Assembly (NCBI GenBank): GCA_024693105.1
Contig: JAILLO010000046.1
Location: 479-64,478, forward strand
From: Clostridia bacterium
GTDB lineage: Bacteria > Bacillota > Clostridia > Peptostreptococcales > Anaerovoracaceae
Direction of reading: 5' to 3'
Length of the DNA stretch: 64,000 bases
Shown here: piece by piece, positions 44,081-53,925 of the stretch
Numbering within the stretch: the first letter of the stretch is position 1
How the letters are laid out: every line of letters begins with the position of its first letter
Position numbers and translations under genes: made by a program
Notes under the pieces: generated by a model
What the model saw: the letters and a program-made list of their open reading frames with translations, nothing else
What the model was told of the DNA's origin: nothing
The model's database searches: none

Positions 44081-44217
44081 TATTCTATATCCTTTCATTA
44101 AAAAATTTGGCAGATGCCACAAACAACATTTTACTGCAAAAGAGTATGTATATCAAATTGTTTTTCTGGTAAAATAAGGTTAAGTTCAAAATCAAACCTT
44201 TTTAAGGAGAATCATAA

Positions 44218-44454
44218 ATGGAACAGTTAAATTTTCCCGCAATGTTTTTCAGAATATATGACAAAAAAATCCTTTCCGGCGAAATCACCTTCAGCCGCAT
44301 AGGCATAAGCAAAGCCGCATTCACAGCGCTTTGCCGCAACGAAAAAATCAGTCTGACGGATGAGGAGCTTTTCGCGATTCTTGAAAGGATGAATCTGAAC
44401 AAAGAAGAAATTGACGGACTTCTTGAAGCTTATAAAAAATGGAAAGATGACTGA
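44218..44454 (+). CDS. Small hypothetical protein (78 aa), possibly HTH-like
   Basis: AAGGAG SD. The segment ITFSRIGISKAAFTALCRNE looks HTH-like. Confidence 0.45.
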   Translation: MEQLNFPAMFFRIYDKKILSGEITFSRIGISKAAFTALCRNEKISLTDEELFAILERMNLNKEEIDGLLEAYKKWKDD

Positions 44455-44591
44455 TGCAAACGGCCGGCACGCCAAAACAATTGACTTTTGTCCGTTTTGC
44501 TAATACTATTGTAGTGATGGGTATTTAGTTTTCTGTATGTTGCGTTATTCCGGAACATGCATACAGACTTTTCATAAGGAGATTATTCAAT

Positions 44592-45638
44592 ATGTACAAA
44601 CGATATATTTCACTGTTTTGCGTATTTCTGCTTATACTTTCATCATTTTGCGCATGCTCAAAGCAGGAAGACACTGACGAAACAGACACCGCACAAAAGG
44701 CGAGCAACATACTGACAGAGTCAAAATTATTTATAAATGGCTTCGAGCAGGATTCTTCCTCCGATGTCCCTGTTGAAGTTGCAGGCTTTGATTCACCTAA
44801 AGCCGCACTTGAATATTTTAAAAAGGATGACCACATTCCGTCCTGGGATGTACTGTGGCTTGTAGTCGGAGGCATCGATGCGGACGCAGCCGATGCAGCG
44901 GGAAATCCGATTCACCGCACTCTTTCACTTTCGGAAAACGAAAAGAATTATTTGCTGAACGATATGCCGTTCATATTCGCAGATACGGTGAACAAAATGA
45001 CAAACGGCGAACTGGTTCTTGAAGTTCATCCGAAGCTTTATGATAACCCCGTTACATTCCTCGACGAAAAAAATTCGGTTTCAGTCAGAAGTTTTGATGC
45101 CGAAACGCGTGAATCTTTCAGAGAATACGATTCTGTTATTGTCACCTTCCGTCCGGATATCGACAATGAAGAGCAGCCTGTTGCCGTGGAACTTCCCGGA
45201 ACGGCTTACGGCATTCAGGATTATAAATACGGCTTTTGCACAATTCCTGTCGCTTCTTCGCTGATGTATCAGAAAAGTGCGGAAAACCCTAACCCTGAGA
45301 TCAGGTGGATTTACGAATGGATCAAGACTCTGATGCCGCTTACAAAGGCATTTGGTTCGGAGATCCCTTCGCCTGATTCGGCTGCCGATTACGGTTATAC
45401 GGAAGAAGCGCTCCGGGCCCGTGCAGAGACACCGGCCGAGGTTTCCGATACTCAGGAAAACGCAGCTCAGCAAAGCGCGCCGGCTCCTGTACCTGCGGAA
45501 ACTCCGACTTTTGCATTCTGCCGTGATATTCTCAGCGCCAACGTAACTTACACTTCGCAGGACGGTCCCGCAAAGCTCGGAATTACGCCTGCATTGTGGA
45601 AGACCATAGCTTACACGCTTGACACAGTGAAATTATAA
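44592..45638 (+). CDS. Hypothetical lipoprotein (348 aa)
   Basis: Lipobox SFCAC-S. AAGGAG SD. Confidence 0.65.
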   Translation: MYKRYISLFCVFLLILSSFCACSKQEDTDETDTAQKASNILTESKLFINGFEQDSSSDVPVEVAGFDSPKAALEYFKKDDHIPSWDVLWLVVGGIDADAADAAGNPIHRTLSLSENEKNYLLNDMPFIFADTVNKMTNGELVLEVHPKLYDNPVTFLDEKNSVSVRSFDAETRESFREYDSVIVTFRPDIDNEEQPVAVELPGTAYGIQDYKYGFCTIPVASSLMYQKSAENPNPEIRWIYEWIKTLMPLTKAFGSEIPSPDSAADYGYTEEALRARAETPAEVSDTQENAAQQSAPAPVPAETPTFAFCRDILSANVTYTSQDGPAKLGITPALWKTIAYTLDTVKL

Positions 45639-45639
45639 A

Positions 45640-45747
45640 TTCGGACTTCCGGACTTTCGGGTTTCGGGTTTTCGAACTTTCGGGTTTCGGATTTTCGAAC
45701 TTCCGGGTTTCGGATTTTCAGACTTTCGGGCTTTGGATTTTACAAAC
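45640..45747. repeat. Tandem repeat, about 4.5 x 23 bp, starting 2 nt after the stop codon
   Basis: TTTCGGGTTTCGG(G/A)TTTTCGAAC units at 45655, 45678, 45701 and 45724, plus a partial unit at 45640. Confidence 0.9.
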
Positions 45748-46132
45748 CGGCCGCATTCGCGCATGCAGCTATTCATATTTATCATACTTTTAACAGATTT
45801 TACCTTTTTCCGGTGAATTTGAGTTATCTCATTTTCTCCGGAAAATTTTTTTGCAAAAATTTTTTTCAGCATCTCCTGCTACTTAGCTTTCTCGCTCCCC
45901 TTGAAATTTCAACGATTCTTCATGTCGCGCCCGCTGTTTTAAAAATACTTTGGTGAAAAAATAGTTTGATGACAAAAGTTTTTTTCAAAAAACTATAGCA
46001 TTTTGCTTTTCGTTGTGATAGAATGTGCCAAAATGAAGAAATAACCTGTGGTGATTACAGGAAACCACAGACACAAGGCACAAGGATGCCGACTGCCGAA
46101 TAAGTTAACTGAAAACGAAAAGGAGAAACAAA

Positions 46133-47638
46133 ATGGAAACACTGGTCGGAAGTATATACAAGAATAATTACAAAGAAAACAAAGTTGCAATTTCATTCAA
46201 AGGTGAAAACATCACCTACGGGCAGCTTGACAAAGCAGTATGCGGATATGCTGCATTTTTCCGCAGCAAAGGTCTCAAACCTCATGACAAGACAGTGCTG
46301 CTTTGCACAAACTCTCCGGAATTTGTATACTGCTATCTGGGAATAGTTAAAAACGGAGGAATCATCATTCCGGCAAACCTTATGCTCACAATCGAAGAGC
46401 TGACTCATATTGTTAAGGATTCAGAAGCTTCAAGAATGCTTATACATCCGACAGTCCTGAAAAAAACAGGACGCACCACAGAAGAAATCTCTGCCGCACT
46501 TGGCGTTGATGTCTTTGTAATTGATGAAAAAATGAAGAAAGAGGCTCTTGCAATGGCTTCCGGAGATGCTGCAGAGTTTAAAGAGCCTGAAGACGAAAAT
46601 GAAGTATGCACCCTTCTTTATACTTCCGGCACTACCGGCAAGCAAAAGGCTGCAATGCTGACACACAAAAACCTCGTTATAAATTCATCGCAGTGCCACC
46701 ACGGACTCGCAATCGTATCCGAAGATGATGTCTATATGTGTGTACTTCCAATGTTCCATGTATTTGCATTTACTGCCTGCATTCTTATGCCGCTTTGGGA
46801 GGGTGCGACAACCGTTATTCTTGAAGAATTCCAGCCAAAAGAAGTTATTGCTTCTCTTGTACGCGACGATATCACAGTTTTCATGGGTGTTCCGGCAATG
46901 TATATAGTTCTGCTTGAGGCAGGAAAGAAGAACATCAAATTCCCTAAGCTTCGCATGGCTATTTCCGGCGGCGCTTCGCTGCCTGTCGAAATTTACCGTC
47001 AGTGCAAAGAAATTCTCAGGCTCCCTATCGTTGAGGGCTACGGACTTACAGAAGCAGCTCCGGGAGCAGCTTTCAATCCGGTTGACAAACAGAAAGAGGG
47101 ATCTATCGGACTTCCTCTTCCTACAATAGATGCCAAGATTTTTGATGACAACGATTGTGAAGTAGGCTGCAATGTTGTCGGAGAACTTGTTCTTCGCGGT
47201 GAAAACGTTATGAAGGGCTACTATAACCAGCCTGAAGAAACCGCAAAAGCACTGAAAAACGGCTGGCTGCATACAGGAGACCTCGCGCGCATGGACGAAG
47301 ACGGCTATATCTTCATAGTCGACAGAAAAAAAGACATGGTTGTTGTCTCAGGCATGAATGTTTATCCGCGTGAAATCGAAGAAGTAATTTTCAAGCATCC
47401 GAAGGTTAAGGAAACAGCAGTTATAGGAGTGCATGACAGGCTAAGAGGCGAAAAAGTCAAGGCTTTTGTCGTACTTAAGGAAGGCGAAGAATGCACCTCT
47501 TCGGAAATTTCCGCATTCCTGAAGGAGCGCCTTGCAGCTTTCAAGCTTCCAAAGAATATTGAATTTGTAGACTCACTTCCAAAGAACGGAAGCGGCAAAA
47601 TTCTCAAGAAGCTGCTGAAAGAACAGCACAGCGCATAA
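46133..47638 (+). CDS. AMP-dependent acyl-CoA ligase (long-chain-fatty-acid--CoA ligase-like)
   Basis: AMP-binding motif LLYTSGTTGKQKA, GYGLTE, and C-terminal SGKILKK. Confidence 0.85.
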   Translation: METLVGSIYKNNYKENKVAISFKGENITYGQLDKAVCGYAAFFRSKGLKPHDKTVLLCTNSPEFVYCYLGIVKNGGIIIPANLMLTIEELTHIVKDSEASRMLIHPTVLKKTGRTTEEISAALGVDVFVIDEKMKKEALAMASGDAAEFKEPEDENEVCTLLYTSGTTGKQKAAMLTHKNLVINSSQCHHGLAIVSEDDVYMCVLPMFHVFAFTACILMPLWEGATTVILEEFQPKEVIASLVRDDITVFMGVPAMYIVLLEAGKKNIKFPKLRMAISGGASLPVEIYRQCKEILRLPIVEGYGLTEAAPGAAFNPVDKQKEGSIGLPLPTIDAKIFDDNDCEVGCNVVGELVLRGENVMKGYYNQPEETAKALKNGWLHTGDLARMDEDGYIFIVDRKKDMVVVSGMNVYPREIEEVIFKHPKVKETAVIGVHDRLRGEKVKAFVVLKEGEECTSSEISAFLKERLAAFKLPKNIEFVDSLPKNGSGKILKKLLKEQHSA

Positions 47639-47726
47639 TTTACACAGCAATGACGTCCGACTACCATCTATTTTTCTTTCGGACTGTACTATTTTCGATG
47701 TACCGGAAAGCATCGAAACTATAAGC

Positions 47727-47760
47727 ACAAAGAGCTGCCAACCGGCAGCTCTTTGTATTT
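47727..47760. terminator. 13-bp-stem bidirectional terminator between convergent genes
   Basis: ACAAAGAGCTGCC-N4-GGCAGCTCTTTGT. Confidence 0.75.
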
Positions 47761-47820
47761 AAAATAAAAAATATATTTTCTTTCTGTGTCTTTACTGTTT
47801 CTGTGTATTGTCTCTCTGTA

Positions 47821-49263
47821 CTATTTCTTTATACGCTTGCGTGCGACTTTTCTGAAGCCCTTGTGCTTTTCCCTGTCCTTTTCGGGAGATTCAACCTCAA
47901 CATTTCCTGCTGTCAGGGAATCCTTAACCGCCGAAACCGACGCCTCCGCTTCAGCCGCAGAGCTGTAGTCTTCCTCAAACTTCATATCGGCTTCAAGATC
48001 GGACTCGATACCTGCTTCTGTGCCAAAATCTTCGCCGCCGTCAGCGCCCGAATCTTCGCCGCCGTCGTTTGCGTCGTAGTTTTCTTCGGCTTCGATGTGT
48101 TCAGGTTCAAAGCTCTCCGGAGTATCAAGCTCCTCGGGAACTCCCGATGCTTCCTTTTCAGCCTCAATATCCTCTCTGTCCTTCTTCATGTTTTTCTCAA
48201 CAAGGTCTGCCTTTGAGGAATATTTTTTGTAATTTTCCTTGTCTCCGCTGTTCTTATAAATTGAAGCCAGTTCGCGAAGCGTTTCAAGATGCGTTGCATT
48301 CATCGTAAGAACCCGCTTAAATGCATTTACGGCATCTGCCTTTTTTCCGAGGCGTTCATAAGCAACGCCCAGATAATACGACATCGGCCACCAGGATTTG
48401 AAATTCGTCTTCATAAAAGGCTCAAGCTTTTCTATACCTTCGTGGTATCTGCCCGCAAGAACAGCATTGTATCCCTTTTCTATTTCTACAGGATCTCTCA
48501 ACTGCTCAATACGCTTGCGGATTTCCCTCTTGTCTTTGGAATTCTTCGAAAATCTCAGGAATTCCATCCATGTAAGCTGTGCCTTAACATAAAGTCCTAT
48601 ATTGAGATATGCATATCCGAGATAATAATATCCGTTTGCAAATCTCGGATGAGTCTCGGTCAGAAGTTCGAAAAACTCAAGAGCCTCCGCCTTGAATCTG
48701 CCGATATACTCTTCGTTTTTGCTTGCAAGATACATTGCGCGGCAGCACCTTGCATAACTGTACATCGAGTGAAGATAATCAGGCTTCATGCACAAAGACG
48801 CCCTGAAATGTATGCAGGCAGCATCAAGGTCTCCCTCTTCCGCCATATCGCGTCCTTCCTTCATCATACCTTCGTATATTTTGTAATTGAACAGTTTGTT
48901 CAGAAAATCAATGTAATTCTGTGCATATCTGAACTTTGGATCGCATCCCATAATCCATGCCATGTTTTCGGCAATATGAAGTGTTCTAAGGCCGTTTCCG
49001 CCGGCAAATTCCTTTACATCCTGCTTTCTGAGAGGAACCGGTACACCTTTCATTATTTCCGTCACACCGTGTTTTTCCATAAATTCGTTGGAAAATTCGG
49101 CAAAAACGAACTTGTTAAGATACTTCTTGAAATACCTCCCGATACGGTCCTCGCGGACTCTCAAATCTGCCTCCTCCGGCGGTCTTACAACAGTTCTTGT
49201 AATTCCAAGAGCCTGGAGAAAAGTCTTTTTCTCAGGAGTTGTTTCTGTTTTTTTCCTCAGCAT
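47821..49263 (-). CDS. TPR-repeat protein with an acidic, low-complexity C-terminal tail
   Basis: TPR-like helices (ANGYYYLGYAYLNIGLY, MSYYLGVAYERLGK). The start is set at the second ATG (AGGTGA SD). Confidence 0.65.
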   Translation of the reverse strand: MLRKKTETTPEKKTFLQALGITRTVVRPPEEADLRVREDRIGRYFKKYLNKFVFAEFSNEFMEKHGVTEIMKGVPVPLRKQDVKEFAGGNGLRTLHIAENMAWIMGCDPKFRYAQNYIDFLNKLFNYKIYEGMMKEGRDMAEEGDLDAACIHFRASLCMKPDYLHSMYSYARCCRAMYLASKNEEYIGRFKAEALEFFELLTETHPRFANGYYYLGYAYLNIGLYVKAQLTWMEFLRFSKNSKDKREIRKRIEQLRDPVEIEKGYNAVLAGRYHEGIEKLEPFMKTNFKSWWPMSYYLGVAYERLGKKADAVNAFKRVLTMNATHLETLRELASIYKNSGDKENYKKYSSKADLVEKNMKKDREDIEAEKEASGVPEELDTPESFEPEHIEAEENYDANDGGEDSGADGGEDFGTEAGIESDLEADMKFEEDYSSAAEAEASVSAVKDSLTAGNVEVESPEKDREKHKGFRKVARKRIKK

Positions 49264-49271
49264 AAAATCAC

Positions 49272-50846
49272 CTACAGGATGTTCCATCCCTTTCTTTTAA
49301 ATTTTTTAATTGCGTCAAAATTCAAGGTCTTTTCCATATCGGCTTCAAGCGTCTGCAGTGCCCTTTCCTCAAGCCCCGTCAGGGTTTCGGATTTCCACAG
49401 AACATATTTGTAAAGCATCCGGTATGCGTCTTCCTTGCTGTGTGACCTGTGCTGCCATCCCTGCAGGCAGTAATATGATGTCAAATCCCGGAAGAATTCA
49501 AACGGTGTCAATTCTGTTTCTTCAAGAAGAAGATCCGTTGTAGCCGAAAACCCTTTTCGATTATAGTACAAATCAAAAACATTTTCAATGCGCCGAAGCT
49601 GCGCCAGTTCCTTTGAGGAGATGAAGCGGTTTGAAATTACTTCATACGGCGGCATATCGCGAAATACATAATCATATTTATCTTTTTCTTCGCGAATCTG
49701 CGTTCCCTTTAAAAGCTTAAGAAAGCCAAGCTGCAATGCATCCGGCCTCAATGCGAAAACAGCATCAAAGGAGCGTGCAAAGCTCTCGAAATCCTCATAC
49801 GGAAGACCTGCTATCAAATCAAGATGAACATGTATGTTCTGCATTTCCATAAGAGCCCTGACATTGCGTGTCAGCCTGTCAAAATCGGCATTTCTGTGAA
49901 CTGCTGCCAGCGTCTGCGGATTCATGGACTGAACGCCTATTTCAAACTGAAAAAGGCCTTTTCTTGCATCCTTCAGAATGAATAACGCCTCATCGTCAAG
50001 AAGCTCCGCACATATTTCAAAGTGGAAATTTGTAACTTCGTTGTCAGATGCAATTAGATATTTCCATATTTCCTTTGCACGTGCCGAATCATAATTGAAA
50101 GTGCGGTCAAGAAACTTAACCTGCTTTACCTTCCTTGTCAGAAAATATCTGAGTTCGGTTCTGACGCGGTCAACAGGAAGAGCCCGAATGCCCTTTTCTA
50201 TTGATGACATGCAGTAGCTGCATGAATAAGGGCATCCTCTTGCCGACTCGTAATAAATGACCTTGTCTTCCTCGCACGGGAAATAGTTGTAAGGAAATTC
50301 CACCGCCTGAAAATCCGTATTTTCTCTGAGAGGATTAACAAATATCCTCCCCTCCTGCCTGTAAATAAGACCTCTGATTTTCGTAAGCGCAATTGCATAT
50401 GTACCAAAATCAAACGCATTTTGTTCTTCCGGCGAAATTGCAAGCTGCGCATTGTGCCGCTTTGTCAGCACCCCAGTAAGTTCGGCAAAGGTCTGTTCGC
50501 CTTCCCCCTGAATGATGAAATCAAGATATCTGTGAGAACTCATCATCTCAATCGCATCATAGCTGACCTCAGGTCCTCCCAGAAGGATTATCATTTCCGG
50601 ATTTGCCTTTTTAAGGTTTGCGCACAGCTCAAGAATCATTTCTATGTTCCAGACATAGCATGAAAAGCAGACCATATCCGCGTCGCTTAAAACTATTTCG
50701 CTGTAAATATATGCTTTGTCATTATTGATTGTAAATTCCCTGATACTTACATCCGCGCCGCTTTCCTGTGAAGCCATATACAGGCACTTCAGAGCCGGAT
50801 TTGAATGTGCGTATTTTGAATTTAATGTTGTAAGCAGAATTTTCAT
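49272..50846 (-). CDS. B12-binding-domain radical SAM protein (DUF4080-type C-terminus)
   Basis: MKILLTTLNSKYAHSNPALKCL N-terminus. CPYSCSYC radical-SAM cluster motif. Confidence 0.8.
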   Translation of the reverse strand: MKILLTTLNSKYAHSNPALKCLYMASQESGADVSIREFTINNDKAYIYSEIVLSDADMVCFSCYVWNIEMILELCANLKKANPEMIILLGGPEVSYDAIEMMSSHRYLDFIIQGEGEQTFAELTGVLTKRHNAQLAISPEEQNAFDFGTYAIALTKIRGLIYRQEGRIFVNPLRENTDFQAVEFPYNYFPCEEDKVIYYESARGCPYSCSYCMSSIEKGIRALPVDRVRTELRYFLTRKVKQVKFLDRTFNYDSARAKEIWKYLIASDNEVTNFHFEICAELLDDEALFILKDARKGLFQFEIGVQSMNPQTLAAVHRNADFDRLTRNVRALMEMQNIHVHLDLIAGLPYEDFESFARSFDAVFALRPDALQLGFLKLLKGTQIREEKDKYDYVFRDMPPYEVISNRFISSKELAQLRRIENVFDLYYNRKGFSATTDLLLEETELTPFEFFRDLTSYYCLQGWQHRSHSKEDAYRMLYKYVLWKSETLTGLEERALQTLEADMEKTLNFDAIKKFKRKGWNIL

Positions 50847-50891
50847 ATTCTATCTGTCCTCCCGGACCCGAACCGACCGGGTCCAAGCTGT

Positions 50892-51770
50892 CTAAAACAT
50901 TCTGAGTCTTTCGTCCTTCAGAAGTCCCGTATCAGCCGCAGCCCTTTCAAGTGTCTGTATCAGCTTGTCCTTGTCCTGCGGGAGCGTACCTCTGAGCGAA
51001 ACATAGTTCGAAGCGTGATTGCTTCTGAACACACAGGTCTTTCCCGGAGCGATATTAATATTTTTCATCATGAGCATCGCTTCCTTAATAACCTCTTCAG
51101 CAGTCAGAATATGGAATTTTCCGCTCTGAATATCTTCGTACATCGGAGCTCTTTTGTTCACCATAAGCGTAAGAAGGCCGACATATGAAGGCGACATTTC
51201 GCTGATCATGCTTGCCGTCTCAAGCGCATGCTCCTCGAAATCGTCAAGTCCGCCAAGACCTGAAATAAACGTAACAGAAGCCTTGATATCTGCATCCTCT
51301 ATCATTCTTACAGCCTTAATAAGCTGCTCTCTTGTAGCCCCCTTGCACATATCCTTAAGAACCTTGTCGCTTCCTGATTCCGCTCCGATATAGATAATGG
51401 TAACTCCGTGTCTTCTGAGTTCTTCGAGATCCTCGGGAGTCTTGTGAAGCACATCCTTTGCGTTTCCGTAAATAGTAACTCTTTCGCATTCCGGGAAAAG
51501 CTCCTCGATTCTTTCAAGAATCGGAACGAGCTTCCTGTTTGTCAGCGCAAGAGCATCACCGTCACAAAGAAATACTCTTCCGACACTGCTGTAATGCTCA
51601 CGTGCCCAGTCGAGATCCTCAAAAACCTCATTAATATCCCTTACACGGAATTTCTTTTCTTTGAACATGCTGCAAAACCTGCATTTGTTGTGTGTGCAGC
51701 CGATTGTTACCTGTACGAGCAGGCTGTATGCTTCACTTGGCGGTCTGTAGATATCTCCTTCGTATCTCAT
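50892..51770 (-). CDS. Radical SAM protein, function unknown
   Basis: CTHNKCRFC CxxxCxxC motif near the N-terminus. 292 aa. Confidence 0.75.
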   Translation of the reverse strand: MRYEGDIYRPPSEAYSLLVQVTIGCTHNKCRFCSMFKEKKFRVRDINEVFEDLDWAREHYSSVGRVFLCDGDALALTNRKLVPILERIEELFPECERVTIYGNAKDVLHKTPEDLEELRRHGVTIIYIGAESGSDKVLKDMCKGATREQLIKAVRMIEDADIKASVTFISGLGGLDDFEEHALETASMISEMSPSYVGLLTLMVNKRAPMYEDIQSGKFHILTAEEVIKEAMLMMKNINIAPGKTCVFRSNHASNYVSLRGTLPQDKDKLIQTLERAAADTGLLKDERLRMF

Positions 51771-51771
51771 G

Positions 51772-53487
51772 TTACATCCTTTCCGGGGCTTTTATTCCAA
51801 GCAGCCCAAGTCCATTTTTAATAGTATTCTTTGCCGCAATTACAAGTGCCAGTTTTGCGACCTTTTCTTCTTCGTCATCAACCAGAATATGTTCTTCATG
51901 GTAGAACTTATTGAATGCCTGCGCAACATCGACAATATGCCTTGTCACTACAGACGGTTCGTATTTTTCGCTTGCTTCCACGATAACTTCAGGGAATCTG
52001 TAAAGAAGCTTTGCAAGTTCAATGCAGCTGTCTGTGCATATCTTTGAAAAATCGACCTTTGCCGACGCAGCCTTTGCAACCGCAGCTTCACCCGCATTTC
52101 TGAGGACGCTTGCCGCTCTTGCATGTGTGTACTGAACATACGGTCCCGTTTCTCCTTCAAAGTTAAGAACCTTGCTCCAGGAGAATACATAATCCTTGAT
52201 TCTGCTGTTTGAAAGTTCATTGAACATAACTGCGCCGATGCCGACCATCTTTGCAGTCTCGTCGATGTTTTCGGTATTTACACCCTTCTCGATAATTACC
52301 TGCTTTGTCTGCTCAACCGCTCTGTTAAGAACATCCTCCAGGAAAACGACTCTTCCGTGTCTTGTCGACATTGTTCCTTCCTCAAGGCTTACAAGACCGA
52401 ACGGAATGTGAACACAGTCTTTGGCCCAGTCATAGCCCATCAGCTCAATAATCTTGATCCACTGCTGGAAATGCAGATTCTGCTGAGAAGCTACGATGTA
52501 AAGATTCTTGTGGAAATTATAGGTGTTCTTTCTGTAAAGAGCAGCCGCAATATCTCTTGTAATGTACAAGGTCGAGCCGTCCGACTTTGTAATAAGGGCA
52601 GGTGAAAGATCGTATTCGGAAAGATCGACAATCTGCGCACCCTGCGATTCCTGTAAAAGATTCTTGTCCTTAAGTTCCTGAACGACTGCAGGCATTTTGT
52701 CGGAATAGAAGCTCTCTCCGTTGTATGAATCAAAGGTAATTCCGAGCATATCGTATACTCTGTTGAATTCCTTGAGGCTTTCTTCCCTGAACCACTTCCA
52801 GAGTGCAACCTCTTCCTCCGAACCCTGCTCGAGCTTTGCAAATACAGCTCTTGCTTCATCATCAAGCGAAGGATCGTTTTCTACCTCAACGTGGAATTTT
52901 GTATAATAACTAAGAAGTGTTTTGATCGGTGAATCAATAACATCCTGCTTGTTTCCCCATTTTCTGTATGCTACAATCATCTTTCCGAACTGTGTGCCGT
53001 AATCGCCCAGATGATTGATACGGAATGTATCATAGCCCAGAAAATCATAAATCTTATATATGGAATTGCCGATAACAGTACTTCTGATATGTCCTATATG
53101 GAACGGCTTTGCAATGTTAGGCGAAGAATATTCAACGATGACCTTTTTGCCTGCGCCGATATCGCTTCTTCCGAAATCGTCACCTTTTTCAACAGCCTCC
53201 GTAACTGCTGTTGAAACAAACTCTTTTCTTGAAAGAAACATATTCACATATGCATTTACATTTTCAACCTTTTCAAAAATCGCGTCTCCTCTGATTTTTT
53301 CCTCAATATCCTTTGCAATCATAGGCGGCGCCTTGCGAAGAAGTTTTGCAAGTCTGAAGCACGGAAACGCATAATCACCCATTTTGCTGTCGGAAGGGAT
53401 TTCCACCATGCTTTCAATTTCTTCCGTCGTAAGACCTTCAACAGCCCCCGAAAGAAGCTGTGCAATCTTTTTCCTGTAATCTACCAT
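51772..53487 (-). CDS. argS: Arginine--tRNA ligase
   Basis: HIGH motif (PFHIGHIRS), the MSTR KMSKS-variant, and a DALR anticodon-binding C-terminus. Confidence 0.95.
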   Translation of the reverse strand: MVDYRKKIAQLLSGAVEGLTTEEIESMVEIPSDSKMGDYAFPCFRLAKLLRKAPPMIAKDIEEKIRGDAIFEKVENVNAYVNMFLSRKEFVSTAVTEAVEKGDDFGRSDIGAGKKVIVEYSSPNIAKPFHIGHIRSTVIGNSIYKIYDFLGYDTFRINHLGDYGTQFGKMIVAYRKWGNKQDVIDSPIKTLLSYYTKFHVEVENDPSLDDEARAVFAKLEQGSEEEVALWKWFREESLKEFNRVYDMLGITFDSYNGESFYSDKMPAVVQELKDKNLLQESQGAQIVDLSEYDLSPALITKSDGSTLYITRDIAAALYRKNTYNFHKNLYIVASQQNLHFQQWIKIIELMGYDWAKDCVHIPFGLVSLEEGTMSTRHGRVVFLEDVLNRAVEQTKQVIIEKGVNTENIDETAKMVGIGAVMFNELSNSRIKDYVFSWSKVLNFEGETGPYVQYTHARAASVLRNAGEAAVAKAASAKVDFSKICTDSCIELAKLLYRFPEVIVEASEKYEPSVVTRHIVDVAQAFNKFYHEEHILVDDEEEKVAKLALVIAAKNTIKNGLGLLGIKAPERM

Positions 53488-53921
53488 TTAATTTCATCCT
53501 CCTCAGTAATTACCAAAATATCATTTTTCTTCAAATATCGTGTAAACATCCCGTCGCCCGCTGTTTTCACATGCGAAAATGTACCGTCGTATATTGTGCC
53601 GCATCCGCATGTCGGGCTGTTTGCCTTCAGTATGGCTCCGTCTATGCTTTCTCCGCGCTTTGAAGCCTCCGCGCATGCCTTTTCAAAGCACAGCCTGCGG
53701 CCCTTTTCAAAGGCCTCGGTGTGGTCCTCTCCCTTTTGGTTCACGGCTCTTCCGTTTACTATCTCAATCGGGTCCCTCGGTACGGGAAGTCCTCCCTCAA
53801 CCTCCGGGCATACCGCGAAAACGCTGTGATTCTTTGCGAACTCGCAAACCCTTTCGTTTTCGTTATTGCCACCGCTGTATTTGCAGTTTTCTCCCAGAAG
53901 ACAGGCACTAATAATATACAT
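53481..53921 (-). CDS. DUF523 (TudS/YbbK-like) Fe-S protein
   Basis: MYIISACLLGENCKYSGG and CPEVEGGLPVPR motifs typical of DUF523. Confidence 0.75.
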   Translation of the reverse strand: MYIISACLLGENCKYSGGNNENERVCEFAKNHSVFAVCPEVEGGLPVPRDPIEIVNGRAVNQKGEDHTEAFEKGRRLCFEKACAEASKRGESIDGAILKANSPTCGCGTIYDGTFSHVKTAGDGMFTRYLKKNDILVITEEDEIKW

Positions 53922-53925
53922 TTCA

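Noticed and set aside
45633-45872. A 79-aa minus-strand ORF (KSENPKPGSSKIRNPKVRKPETRK...) across the 23-bp repeat.
   Set aside because: AGGAG abuts the ATG with zero spacing, and the product is just the translated repeat. It is probably spurious. The open read-through frame on the plus strand is reported as a finding instead.
48289-49413. A 374-aa plus-strand ORF antisense to the TPR and radical-SAM genes.
   Set aside because: It has no recognisable motifs, overlaps two well-supported minus-strand genes and is a typical antisense shadow ORF.
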